Positions 1 to 19,703 of a DNA stretch of 64,000 bases are shown here, one piece after another. The notes beneath the pieces are model-generated. The model saw nothing but the letters and a program-made list of their open reading frames with translations. It was not told the DNA's origin and did no database searches. Origin of the DNA: Lingula anatina. Lineage: Eukaryota; Animalia; Brachiopoda. A program made the translations under genes and the position numbers. Each line of letters begins with the position of its first letter. Within the stretch, counting starts at the first letter, position 1. The DNA lies in the NCBI GenBank assembly GCA_051362555.1, contig CM120640.1:48462788-48526787 (forward strand), in the 5' to 3' direction.

Positions 1-177
1 ATTATTCTGATTAATTATAATGTTTGTTTTTTTTTTTATCTTCTGTAGATTCAAAGAAAAATGATGTCCATCATCTGTGAATCCTGGAGCATTTATGGCA
101 ATACTTTGCAACATCATGGTTTTCACTGTAAACATTTGGTTTTCTTTTATATATGTATATGTGCTTTTTGATTTCAG

Positions 178-3100
178 GACCACCCTCTGCAGCTGTCCCC
201 CCATGACTACCGGCATGGTGGAGTGAGGCACATGACTTTCTCTGGAGACAGTCAGATGTTGTATACTGTGGGATACGATGGAATTATGGCTTGTTATAAG
301 TGGAGGTAAGGGAGATAGAATGTTGGCATTTTGATAAGTGTAAAAAGGTCAGGCGAAGTGTGCTTGGAAGTCTGTGATACAAAAATTTGCAATGGTTTGA
401 AATTAATATGTTAGCTTTTCAGAATATAAGCAATTAAGAATGAAGCAATTTACAATGATAATTTGTATTCAGCAATTCCATTAATCTATTAAGCAAATTT
501 GAAACTGCATCAAGAGTCCAGACACTTTCATGTCTACCAACATTTGGTGCTTATGTTGTAAATATCATCAGGTATGTGAAAACCCCAACTGCTCAACTAC
601 TCTCCTTTCTGTCAACTGCATTGCTTATGTATAATGATAAAATTTCTTTTAGGCTAACCCAAAGTGGTCAGGCCAAAGCAAAATCAGCCATTGAATCAGC
701 CAGGGCTATCAGAACCAATAATATGCAGACCCAGCAGACTGAGGATGCTATGCTGCAGAGTATGAAGGAGTGGTCACCATCCAGTGAGTCAAGGCCTGTC
801 ACCACTGCTCCTAAGGAGGAAACAGTAAGTAACAAACCATTTTCAGTACAAATAGCACATAGATATTTGCCTTTAGAAATTGAGCATGAACTACTAAAAA
901 GGCTTTCTGTTTGAATTGTTTTATAGTTTGTCTGGTAAATTTGTGTGTTATACATGTATGTCTCTATTATTTTGTTTTTCTTACTATGTGACTTTTTTGT
1001 AGTTACTTGCTTCTGTTTTGTTTTGTTTATTCATTTTTTCTCCTAAACTGGATTTTTTATTTACCGCAAGTCATTGAGAATAATTTGACTAAATTAATCA
1101 CCAGTTTACCAGATTTAGCTTTTTTTTTTTGACAATTTCTGAGGTAGGATGGGCATCTGATTGTAATACCTGCTATAATTGATCTTCAGGAACAACTGGA
1201 AAAGGAGCAGTCAACTGAGGAAGTCTATACCACCCCTACCCCAGTTCCAGGTCATGATAGCACCTGGTTACAGGCACAAGAGCTTATGGTAAGCTGTTAG
1301 GCATCTTTTAGAATGTAGTTATATATATAGCAGGGAATATAGTTATACATAGCAGGGAAATCTGAGTAAAGCAAGCCAAAAATAAGAAAGAGGATTTTGT
1401 TGATTTGATTTAGTATGAGAGATCATAATACAAGGTATTAGTGTCATGGATATCTTAATTTTAATTTTCTTATTTTTATATATGAAAGTAAAAGTAGAAA
1501 AAAATACATCTTGTTCATATCAGAATATTGTTCATCATCTGATTAATATATCACTTCAAGTTTAACATTTTTGGCTTATATATTTCTGCCTTATGAAGAC
1601 TTTTTATATTTTATTTATAGTCAATCAAAGAGGAAGACAAGGAATATGCAGAGGTCAAAAAGCAACTGAGGCTGGAAATCAAAGACATGAGAAAAACAGT
1701 GAGTTTATTATACAGTATCATTGTGAAAATGGATTATCCTTAGACATAATACTGTTATATTGCTAGGAGATCAGCATGAACTACTAATTTTTTAAAAGGT
1801 TACCAAAATTTTTGGTAATAAACATTAATTATTACCTTTTTTCATAAATCTAGATTCAAAAGATGATGCAAGAGAATGAGGGTCTTCCAGATACTGAGAA
1901 ACTTGGTAGACATGAGTTTGATCTTGATATTGATGAGCAGATCCATCTGCAACAGGAGGCAGATAATGAAGTAGCAAGGGTAAGCAGTTACATTGACTGT
2001 TTCCTTAATCAAAATACAGCATGGAATATGCAGTGTGACAGTTTTATTTCTAACGCACAAATACAATACTCATATCAAAAATACTCAGTGCATACTGCAA
2101 TTGCAAAAAGGTATAATAATGCATTATGCCACTTGGCACTTGGTGTTATCATTGTGTGTTTGAATTATATTTTATCAGATCCGTGAAGAGATAGAGTTTG
2201 AGGACTTGGCCAAGCGGTACGTGACCCATATCATCAAGACAGAGTGCTGGGATGAGATGGTTGTCAAGGGAAGAAGCATTGAGGTAAAGGAAAAAAATAG
2301 AAATGTCATGTCAACAGACAAACAAACAAAAAAATTAAGAATAAAAATCCCAACAGAACTGCACCTGACTGACTGGCTAGTACAGCCAGAAATATTACAG
2401 ATATTTTAGGGACCATTCCCAGCCCCTATCATATTAACTGAAGCTGGTAAGGGGTTATTAATTAAATATTGTTTAGCAGCTTCAGTAGGCATGCCAGACA
2501 TCTAAGCAGCTTAAGCTCAAAGCAATTAAGCAAGAAACCCCTTGGAGATGGATCGATCCTGTTAGATCGATCTTAGCATGGGAAACCAGTCTTATACCAT
2601 TAAATGATATCAGACATCTAGTCAACTGGCTGACTGGCAAAATTGGTTTGACAGGCAAACAGGTTGCAGCTTGTTTTTTCTTTTTGATTAAAATGATATC
2701 AGAATTAATAATGCCTAGATTGAATTATAATTAATGAAAAACTATGATATCCTTTTTTGTTGTTAATCTCCCTAGATAAAAAGAACAACATCAATACATT
2801 TTCCCATTGTTTCAGGCATTTATATCCTCTTATGAAGTCAGTAACTTCCCAATGAAAAAGCGCTCAAAGCGTGAGCTAGATGAACTTGACAAGGTAACCG
2901 CAAGAAGAGCTGTAGAGATTGCAGAGGTTCAGTCAAGAAGAGAACTGACTGAGGTTTCACAGAAAACAGCTGTGAGTACATAGCCATTGTTCTTGCTTTA
3001 AAAAACAAAACTAACCTACTTTTCACAGAATGACACACAAACTAGATTTTATTTGACTTAAATCCTTCACTCACAAGTAGCCCTACATTGATTGATACTT

Positions 3101-6100
3101 TCTTTGTAATGATATTATGAAGAAGTTAAGATACTAACATTTACATAATGCTATGATTACTAAAACAGATATCTAATGCAATAACTTGTTCAGCTTAGTT
3201 TCATCTTGGATCAATTATAACGGGTCCAAGGTTCCATACTAATAGAATTGCATCACAGTGCTTGCTGGCAATTTACTAACTTGTAGAAATGCAATTTTCA
3301 CACACCAGACTTTCAGTCAGATGTTAAAGGAATCTGCCAATGAGACTGCACAGGTATTTTGTGTCACCTGCTTATTTCATTGACATCGCTTTTTCACTGT
3401 GTGTGCTAGAGTGTGTATGTGTCAGATTTTTAAAAAATCATTCACTGACATTAATATTTTTTTCCGTTTCTTTATTATATTTATTTCTTGTAGTTGAATT
3501 TCATAAGTATGAAAATTTGCTGCTAACCCTTTTTTACCAACTCTTTTTTATTTATTATATATATATATATATATATTTTTTAATATACATGATATCATCA
3601 AGTATCATTTACCTATGCCTGCTTATGCAGCTTATATTGTTGTCAGTGCTTGTATTAGTGATTTAGGACCATTGGTTTGGGTCATATTCCTTGCTTCATG
3701 TGGAAACAATGCAACTGTTACAGTAGTTATATTGCCTATGCAAACTCTATAGAGTTTTACTGCTTTGGGTTTAAAGAAAGTTATACAATTCAATAAAATA
3801 AGTGATAAGACTGATACCCACTGTGAACAAAGTTTAAAGACCTGATGCATTTTGTAGAAATGAACAAACTTATGAATTTTATAATCAAACTTTTATTATT
3901 ACAAATCTTCTTTCAATTATTTTAATTAATACTATTTATGAATATCATGATCTTCTATCTAGGATATCTTGCTTCATTTTCCTTAGGTGAAAAAGGTTTG
4001 ATGCCAAGGAAGTATATTAATATATTATGCATCTTATTTTACTTGCAATGAAATTTAAAGGGACCATTTGGTTTTCAGGGGACTGAAGATGAGCTTAATG
4101 AGACAGATGATGTTGAAGCTCAGTCAAAAGATGACAGTGCTACAACTGGCAGTTTGAGTAAGTGTTGATTGTCTTTCCCTCTTTCCCTGGTCGCTTACAC
4201 AACTGATCTGTGGTTTTACATGATTAAAGATTTGACATAAAAAATAATTAATTGCAAATTAGTGTTTCCTTAAAAAATTGAATAGAAAAAATATTATTCT
4301 TCTCATAATTGATTGATCTTTGAAATCTTTTAAAATGTTTTTCATCTTCTTAACCAATCAGGTGCAAAGTATGGAGGTGGCAGCAAAATGCTGTACAGCC
4401 AGTTTGAACTCCATACTAGAGAGCAAAAACAAGCTCAGATCATCCTTTTGCAGGTAAGTTCAGTAAAATTACATATAATGTCATATTGAAGTGTTTTACT
4501 TTTAAAATACTTGGTTTTGTTCATCTGGCATATCATTAACCATATTGATAAGTCTTAAATCCCCTTGTCATATCCATTTGTCATATATGTAGTTTAAATT
4601 GCCACAACACCTTTTTGATTAACATATTTTTATTTCTACACAGAAAACAAAAACACTTTAGCATAAATATTTTCTTGAAATTCTAGGATGTAATTCACAG
4701 AATTAAGTTAGCCTTTAACAAAGAATTTGATGAAACCTACCAGAAAAAGGAACAGGAGGTTGCTAAGATTAGAGACCGCAACAAGAGGATCAGAAAGATC
4801 TTGGATGACTTGGACATGGTGGAAACAGTCACAGACTTCTCAATGAGTATCTTGGAGAAGCCTGAGAGACTGCTTGTGGTAGAAGACAGTGAGGTCAGTT
4901 GCTTTTTCTCAATCTCAACAAATTTTTTGCGAAAAGACTACTAAACTTTTTTTAAGTGCAATGCTTTTCATTTTAATTTGCTTAACTTTTTATGGTGTTC
5001 ATTAATATTATTTTTCCTTTTCTCACCTTGCGGCAAGAAACTATTGTTTTACCTGTTTCCTATTGTTAAACTTAGCTGATAATGCAAAATAAGGTTATAC
5101 TGTTTTGTTTTTTATTCTTACCCGTGGACTTTATCTCTGTAGGTTAAAGTAGAGAAGTACTACACCCCACAACAGAGGAAGAAACTTGAAGAGGAAGCTA
5201 GGATAGAGGAAGAGAGAAGGGCAAGGGAGAAAGGAGACAATGCCAGGGAGAGAGCTTTAGATATGATGATGGGAGGTGTCCTGGAGATCAAGAAGGAGGA
5301 TGAACTGAAAAAGGTAAATTAATAACAAATATTATTTGTTACAGGTACAACTTACTAAATTTTTAGTGTAAGATTTATTATCTTCTCAAGCTATTCACAC
5401 ATCACACATCATGATGCACACAAATAACAAGACAAACACAAAATTTTGGTTTGTAAATTGGCCAATCCATGTCACTTTTGTTTAAAGCAAAACCCTCAAG
5501 ATTGATTCCTTTAAATCTTAGTTATTATAATAATCAATAAAGCTATTATTTGCAAACAATAATTAGTATGATGCAACATTAATTGTTACGATTAGACCAA
5601 ATAATAATAATATCAAAATCACATTTTTCCGGATTGCAATGTCTATTTTTTATGATACATAGTGTAATGGCCATGGTTTATTTCATGGATTCATATCAGA
5701 AAGATAACTATCATGTCTTCAAATTAGTCTTATTTTAAGAAAAAATTGCAAATTTTATTAACATTTATAACAATATATGCATAGATAAATAGATAGATAC
5801 AATACAGATAAAAAATAACTTTTTTCACTTTGCTCTCCTAGGATGTTCCAATTCCAGCTTTTATTCAAACCAAACCAGAGGATGACTGGACAGAGGAGGA
5901 GCAGAAAATTGCCAAGGAATATGAGAAGAAAGTGAAGGAACTTCAGGAAGAGAGGGAAAAGTTTAGAAAGGTGTGTGTAGCAGAAACTTAAAAGGAATAT
6001 ATCAGATGAGTAATGTATTTCATATTATAAAATGAAGTTCATCACTTTGTATATTTGAGCCAGTCATTGATCCAGAGATTTATAGAAAGGAGTCACACTA

Positions 6101-9100
6101 TTTGATTGATGGAATGAAGTTATTAAGCTGTTAGATAACTTGATTAAAAATATACTAATTCTGCCATTTAAAATATGGTGCATCATTAATATGTTTTAGC
6201 AACTTGAGATGGAGCTCAAGAAACTGCAGACTTTGAATCAGGACACAGAAGAGAACTTTGATGAGGCACTAAAACAGCTGTTTGTCAGGAGGGTCAAGAC
6301 TGACATGGTGATATATCAGGTATGAAAATGTTCATACAAATTTTTCATTCGGTTTACAGGTTGTGAATGATACTTTCACTATGCCTACATCTTCTGAATA
6401 TACCCTTGTTATTTCTTTCAAATAAATTTTTTTTAGCATAACTATACTTAAATGGCTTAAATTTTTAAAAAACATCCACAACACTTTTTATATCATTAAT
6501 GTCTTTTTATTATCTGAGTAGAAAAAAGACAAAATTTGATTATAAGGTTAAGTGCTCACATTATCACATACAATTTTAGGAAGAGTTGAAGATATTGCGT
6601 CTCCAGTACTCTCTGTTGATTGAGGAAGAGCTTGAAACAAGAGACAAGGAGCTCTGCAGATTGCTGGAACATAAGAAAATGTTGAAAGTAAGTTTATCTA
6701 TGATTCACCACAGTAGTGTAACCAAAATTAAGTATGAAACTGTATTTTCTTACTGTCAGTTTGCAGAACTGTACCATATGCCAAAGAATTCATGTATGCT
6801 TCTAATGTTTTGTTTTGTGAAAAGCAGACTTTACTTGCAAATGTATTCAAATTTTACAAATTGAATAAACTCTAAAGGAATTAAATAAGTATAATACATA
6901 TTCCCTTGCATTACATGTTGGCTTGAAAGCTCACATTAATACTTATTAATAAGATACTTCATAATTTTTTCCACAGACTCTCTCTGCCCAGACTGTTGCT
7001 GAAGCCAGAAAGCATGTGGATGAGTTCAGAGAAAAATATGACATCCTTGTGGCTGAAGACAAAGTGATAGATAAAGTCTTCAAGAGAGAATTCAATGATG
7101 TGCCAGCTGTTCAGTTGGATCAGCTTTACAAACTGTTCAGGAGACGACCAAGGTATGCACATTGTATAGTGCCACCTCCTTAATTCAGTTGTTTCAGTAG
7201 CCTGTCATCTAATTGGTAATTCAAACTACATGCAATACTTAAAAATTTCCTGAGATTGTCTATATATTTTAGTTTTATAATTTGATTTTGCTTTCAGGGG
7301 TGGAAGAGTTAACTTGAAGGACAGGGAAACACCTATTTATGACCCAAAATCTGGCAATCCTTTTGCTGACCGCCCATCAACAGCCAGGCAGAATGCCATG
7401 AACAAAGTTTCCATGGAATCAGCTCTCCAAGAACTGGACAAGGAGTCCAATATGCCAGAAGGAGTGCAGCTGTATGTTTGGGAGAGATTGTGCAGATACA
7501 GGAGGCAGAAAATTGACAGTGAGCAACTGGTATGACGTCACTTTTGAAATGATAATCTTTGCGTAACAACATACTGGTGCATACAGTTAAAGGGATAGTA
7601 ACTGTTCGTTTCGGCCAAAAAATGAATTTTCCTGGAGCAACAATTTTCCCATACTTACCAATGGTTAATGAATCCATTTTTACATTCAAAGTTAGTCCCT
7701 GTTTTTTTTTTTTTTTTTTTTTTCTAAAAAGTTTGGTTTTTTGTTAAAATCTTTTAAGAGATTTTAACAGAGTATGGCCATCATTGGAGGTCACGTGGTC
7801 TAAAGACAAGCTCAGATATCAGAATAATAGCTATAACTGCCATTTTTGTGGTAAAACAGAATATGTTATATTTTTATGAGTTATTCACAATGTTTTTATT
7901 GTGACTTATAAATCTCATATGAAGAGTTATTATCCCTTTAACACCAGCCTCATTCATTTAAAATGTCTTTTGAAGAATAGATGAGAAATCAGCATTTTAT
8001 GAAATCTTTTCTTTAATCAGGCTTTTTTACATGATATGTAAATATTCTAAATATAATTGTATTTTTATAGGTCAAACAAAAGGCACTTGTTTTGGCCGAG
8101 ATGGAAAATGGTTTTCTGCGTCGCAGATTAGATGAAGATGAACAGCTGAAGAGAGACATTGAGGAAATCACCATTGCCATTGAAAAGTATGGCTTATATA
8201 AATCTTGTAACATCTTAAAATGTAATAGCAACAGGGAAGCATACATTTGTGTATTTTTTAAAATGACTTCCTCACATAGTGCTGGAGCAGGAGCTTCTGA
8301 CTTTAAAGTGAAACCCTGTATAGTGTACATCAACATCTAAGTATAGTGAACTTCTTGAGGAACACAGGTGTCATGTTGAGTTTAATTCAGGGTCACCTCT
8401 CCACACAGTTTTTTGAAGAAGGATGTAGAATACTGCAGTTTATTACAGTTAGTGTAGCAAAAAAAAATTACAAAATAATTTAGATATTATACCATTGACA
8501 ATGGTCATTAGAGTTGTTCCATTTTGTAATCTCTAGACTGAAGGAAGATGTCATTCAGTTTAATACCAACCTTGAAGCCCAGCTGGTCCTGAAGCAGGGT
8601 CAAGTTGAAGTGGATCCAGGGAATTTCATCCATGATTTCAGAGACAGCATCCTTATCCACAGGTCTGTGGTGGAGGAACTCAATGGGAAGATTAAGGTAT
8701 TGGGATGCAGTGTTTTGCATAGTTTTTCTCTTTTGCTGGGACTCTCAACCAACACTTATATTGACATTATGTGGTGTACTATATATTTTCTCTCAAAAAT
8801 ACTTTGAATATAATCATTGAAATAAGCACTACTTTTTATTTTCTTTTTAGCAACTGGGAGAGGGCAAAATAGCCAGTATGGTTGATAGCAAGGACTTTAG
8901 AAAAGGCATTATACAGTTGGAGTGGTAAGTTAATTGTATTTTCCTGACTGTTGTTCGGCAATTGTTGCTTTTTTATTTCAATGGGATATAGCCCTTATCT
9001 TTTTTTCTGTAGAAAGTTTGTAATAAAAATGTTTGGTGACAGAAAACTGTAGAATTTTGCTTTTTGCATTTCAGGGAACACAAGAAAAACATCATGCAAA

Positions 9101-10271
9101 TTGAAGATTTACAACGAAAAATGAGAGACATTAACATGATGAAAGTTACAAGACAAATACAGTCGGTATGCATGAGCCTCATTTTATTAGTGACAAAATA
9201 GTTTTATTTTTGAGTGGCAAATCAAATCAAACAATGTTTTCACAAAACTGTTGTTTTTCTAGAAAAAAAGATGGATTTTTAAATCATCTATTGAACCCAA
9301 GTTAAACTATTAATGTTTTGTACTTATAAAAGCTTAATATTTTAAAATAAAATTGTAATGTTTTGCTTTCTAGTTCCTGAATGAAGAAGATCATGAAGCA
9401 AAGAGAGCACAGGAGGCAGCTGTTTTAGAACAAACAATCATGATGCAGAAAAAAGTAAGCCATCATAAAAAACATATTTTTTGCTGTTTGGCTTCTATAA
9501 AGTTAATACAAAACTAAACTGAGTAAGTAAAAGGTTCTTAACTCATTGTGCCCAAATGCATAGAAACAATGAAAACTGTGAGAAAACTGTGAGAGTTTTA
9601 CTCTTACTATTCTCTTCTTTCCAGCATCATGAGAAAAATGTGGAAGAGCACAAAAAGATTGTGAAAGACCTGAAGAAAGCTATCCAACAGAGAGAGGAGG
9701 AGAATAAATCACTTGAAAGAGATTTGGAAGAATTGAATGTCTCTGTAAATGAGAGGAGTCACATTAACGATGTCAATGGTAAGCTAAGAAATATTGTATA
9801 TGGTTAAAAGGTATCATTTTTGTAGAAAATAATGAAATGTTTTTTACATCCAATATCTTATCATTAGCAAAACATTACCTTGTTAAAAGATTTAAAAGAT
9901 TGTTAAAAGATCTAAAAGAGTTTAAAGATTTTGTAGATAATTTTCATTACCTGATCTAAGGCAAATATTGTTTTATTTTTTCTGGACTTTAATAACAAGC
10001 AGTTGCTGTCAATATATTTAGCCATTAATAAAAATAAATTCCGTAATGCATGACCAGTGCAACTGATAATATAAATGCCCTTACTTAATTCTTCTTTTCA
10101 GCTGACAAAACAGGAGATGGTGGGCGTGACCGTCGCTACCAGGAGATTGTCCAGCGTCGTAAGTTAGTGGACCTGGCCAAAGCTCAGGCTCAAGAGGTGG
10201 CTGTGCTCAGAGCTGAGGTTGAGAGGCTCAGGATGAGAACATTCCCTGCTCTGGTGCAGGTGGAGCACTAA
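178..10271 (+). CDS. CFAP43: Cilia- and flagella-associated protein 43 (WDR96), 3' part, ~23 coding exons
   Basis: GT-AG exons starting near 178, 652, 1189, 1621, 1853, 2179, 2816, 4079, 4362, 4687, 5143, 5842, 6200, 6580, 6977, 7298, 8071, 8538, 8851, 9075, 9373, 9624 and 10102. End of a WD40 repeat ([27 protein letters not shown]), long coiled coil, [24 protein letters not shown], and C-terminus [35 protein letters not shown] (TAA 10269-10271) typical of CFAP43. Confidence 0.92.
2409..2594. mobile_element. Degenerate copy of the 29978-30208 MITE family
   Basis: Shared GACCATTCCCA start, GTAGGCATGCCAGACATCTAAGC, AGCAATTAAGC, GATCGATC and ATGGGAAACCAGTCT end. Confidence 0.5.
7591..7937. mobile_element. 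TTAA-flanked MITE (Kolobok-like ends) in a CFAP43 intron
   Basis: TTAA-AGGGATAGTAACT ... AGTTATTATCCCT-TTAA (12/13 TIR match). Confidence 0.65.
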
Positions 10272-11684
10272 TAGGTTGAATGTGAGGGGCTATTCATGGT
10301 GAAAAGACTTGTGGGAAGCTACAACTTGAAACTACTAGAAATACTGTTTTGGTGAATTTTGACAAGTTTTATCACTGTAGACTTAATTGAATTACTATTT
10401 ACAGTACAGAAAAAAAAACTTTTGTGACCACTGCAAACAGGCTTCCTTCTTGGCCTTGCATTTTATTAGCTACTAAAACAACTTAAGTGTACATATTCCG
10501 TCCAAAATCTGTGCATATAAATGTTTGCAGCCACTTATCCATGTTGTGTATGGGCAAAGAATAAAGTTAGGTGTATGTCAGATTCACAAATAAATTGCAC
10601 ATTTTGGCTTACTTTCAAAGAGTAATTACTGCAGTTCAATATTATAATATGTTCCATCATACATTACTGAAGAAAAAAACAAATGTGAACTGTGTAAGAG
10701 CCTCACAGCAACTTCTAAGAAAAAAATATATATTACATAATGGATTATTTGTTTGTAACATTCTTGAATCTTTTTGCATATAATCCTTTCCTGTGATATT
10801 GTGTAAATATTCTGAAGATTGTGTAGTATGTTTAATAAAATAATCATAACAACGAAAAACCCTTTTAAAAATGTTTTTGCTATCACTGAAATAATAAAAG
10901 ACATCTTTTAATAATTTATTATAAAATTCTTTAAATTCCTTTTCACATGAACAACAAATAACAAATATATTGAGTTTTTTGTTTCTGCTTCATCTGTTCT
11001 TGTGCTTAGTGAAAAGTAATTCAAATTGCAATCAGTTTTTTCTATGATTTTACCCAAATGTAAAAAAAAAGTAAATACATCTACTTACTAATAACTGTAC
11101 TAAACAACTGCATTATAAGTGATATTCAGATAATATAAAGAAACAAGTATGTTTTTTTAACAATCTGTACAAATCTCATGCTATTACACAAAACTGGACA
11201 ATAAAAAGATCCTAAACATAAACCACATAATTATGTTAACAATCATATCTGAATAAGTTACATTTGGTCTCCATACTTTTCAGTAACTAATTGGTTTTTA
11301 CATGTATTCACACTGTTCATCGAGCACAGAATTATTTAATTTGTCATATAAATGTAGATGCACATGCAAGTAGTCCAATTTTGAATAGCATTTGGCTTTC
11401 AATGTCAAATACAAATATTATATTTAAATAAGTAAGCTTATCAGGAATATCCTTTATCAGTGTCAGTAATTTTACGTAAATCAATTACAATATCCTTTAC
11501 TCCTTATTAAGTGAGCAATAGACTGATTGCATTTATGTTTCAAACAGCAAATTTCCAATTTTTATTATTTTACATGTTTCATAGATCAGGACCGACAGTT
11601 CATGCACTTGAAGGTTTAAGAATAAGTCGATTTGTCCTAATATCTGATCAGAGCAAAATCAAGTATTAGACATTTCAAAATCTA

Positions 11685-18922
<7,238 letters not shown>

Positions 18923-19101
18923 GATTGTTTACAGTTGTCTGCGGCTTCAAATTGTTACTGCTGTTTACTGTATGAGATGCATTATTTCTTCCATTTCTTA
19001 AATGAAAAGCAAATGGGTTTACATATACACTGGACATGTAAATAAAAGCACAAATTTATAATGCCACTTACAGTTAATACAAAAATTCACGTTAGCACTC
19101 C

Positions 19102-19399
19102 CAGGCCTACCCAACTACCAGACTCGTCACCGAAAATTCACCGGTAGATCGGACCACACTACCTGTTTTCAAGGTATGTGTCAGTACGCATTTCACAGTA
19201 TCATACCCCGAACAAATTTTGAGTGGTGATGCAATACTTTCCAACCCGGCTGAGAATCATCACTATCACATCGCGTACTAGGCAAGAGCGGTGTCGCGTC
19301 TGATACTTTGAAGTGTGTATTGACGCACACCTTGAAAATGGGTAGTGTGGTCTGATCTACCGGTGAAACTGGGATCATTCTAGTAGTTGGGTAGGCCTG
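19102..19399. mobile_element. Foldback MITE with ~100-bp imperfect inverted arms and 5-bp TSD
   Basis: Ends CAGGCCTACCCAACTAC / GTAGTTGGGTAGGCCTG; arms continue through TTCACCGGTAGATC / GATCTACCGGTGAA; ACTCC duplicated at 19097-19101 and 19400-19404. Confidence 0.8.
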
Positions 19400-19469
19400 A
19401 CTCCCATTGTATGGTCTATTATAACTACTAGCACTGTTATGCACGTAGATAAATCATACCTTACTCACG

Positions 19470-19703
19470 GGTGTGCCTAAATTGTGGCAATAATACCGGC
19501 CAAGAAGGGCCACTCGCCCACAACTTAACGATAAACAAATTGTGCAGATTTACTTAGTTGTATCAACAACATTAGTTACTTAGCAATATGTTTCACTTTT
19601 ATATCACCCCATTTTGTTGGGATTGACCAATTACTTTGTTTAATTGCAACTGGACTCATTTTTTTCTAGTGTATTATGCTGTATTGCACAATTTAGGCAC
19701 ACC
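19470..19703. mobile_element. Small TIR element (MITE-like)
   Basis: Inverted repeat GGTGTGCCTAAATTGTG / CACAATTTAGGCACACC (17 bp, extending imperfectly to GCAATA/TATTGC); TSD unclear. Confidence 0.55.

Noticed and set aside
49-118. Possible extra CFAP43 exon at the window start
   Set aside because: No convincing donor, and the translation does not resemble CFAP43.
9880-9930. Short TTAAAAGA repeats; also (TA)n at ~3556, (GTT/GTTT)n at ~30977 and a small duplication at ~1320
   Set aside because: Ordinary slippage-derived simple repeats.
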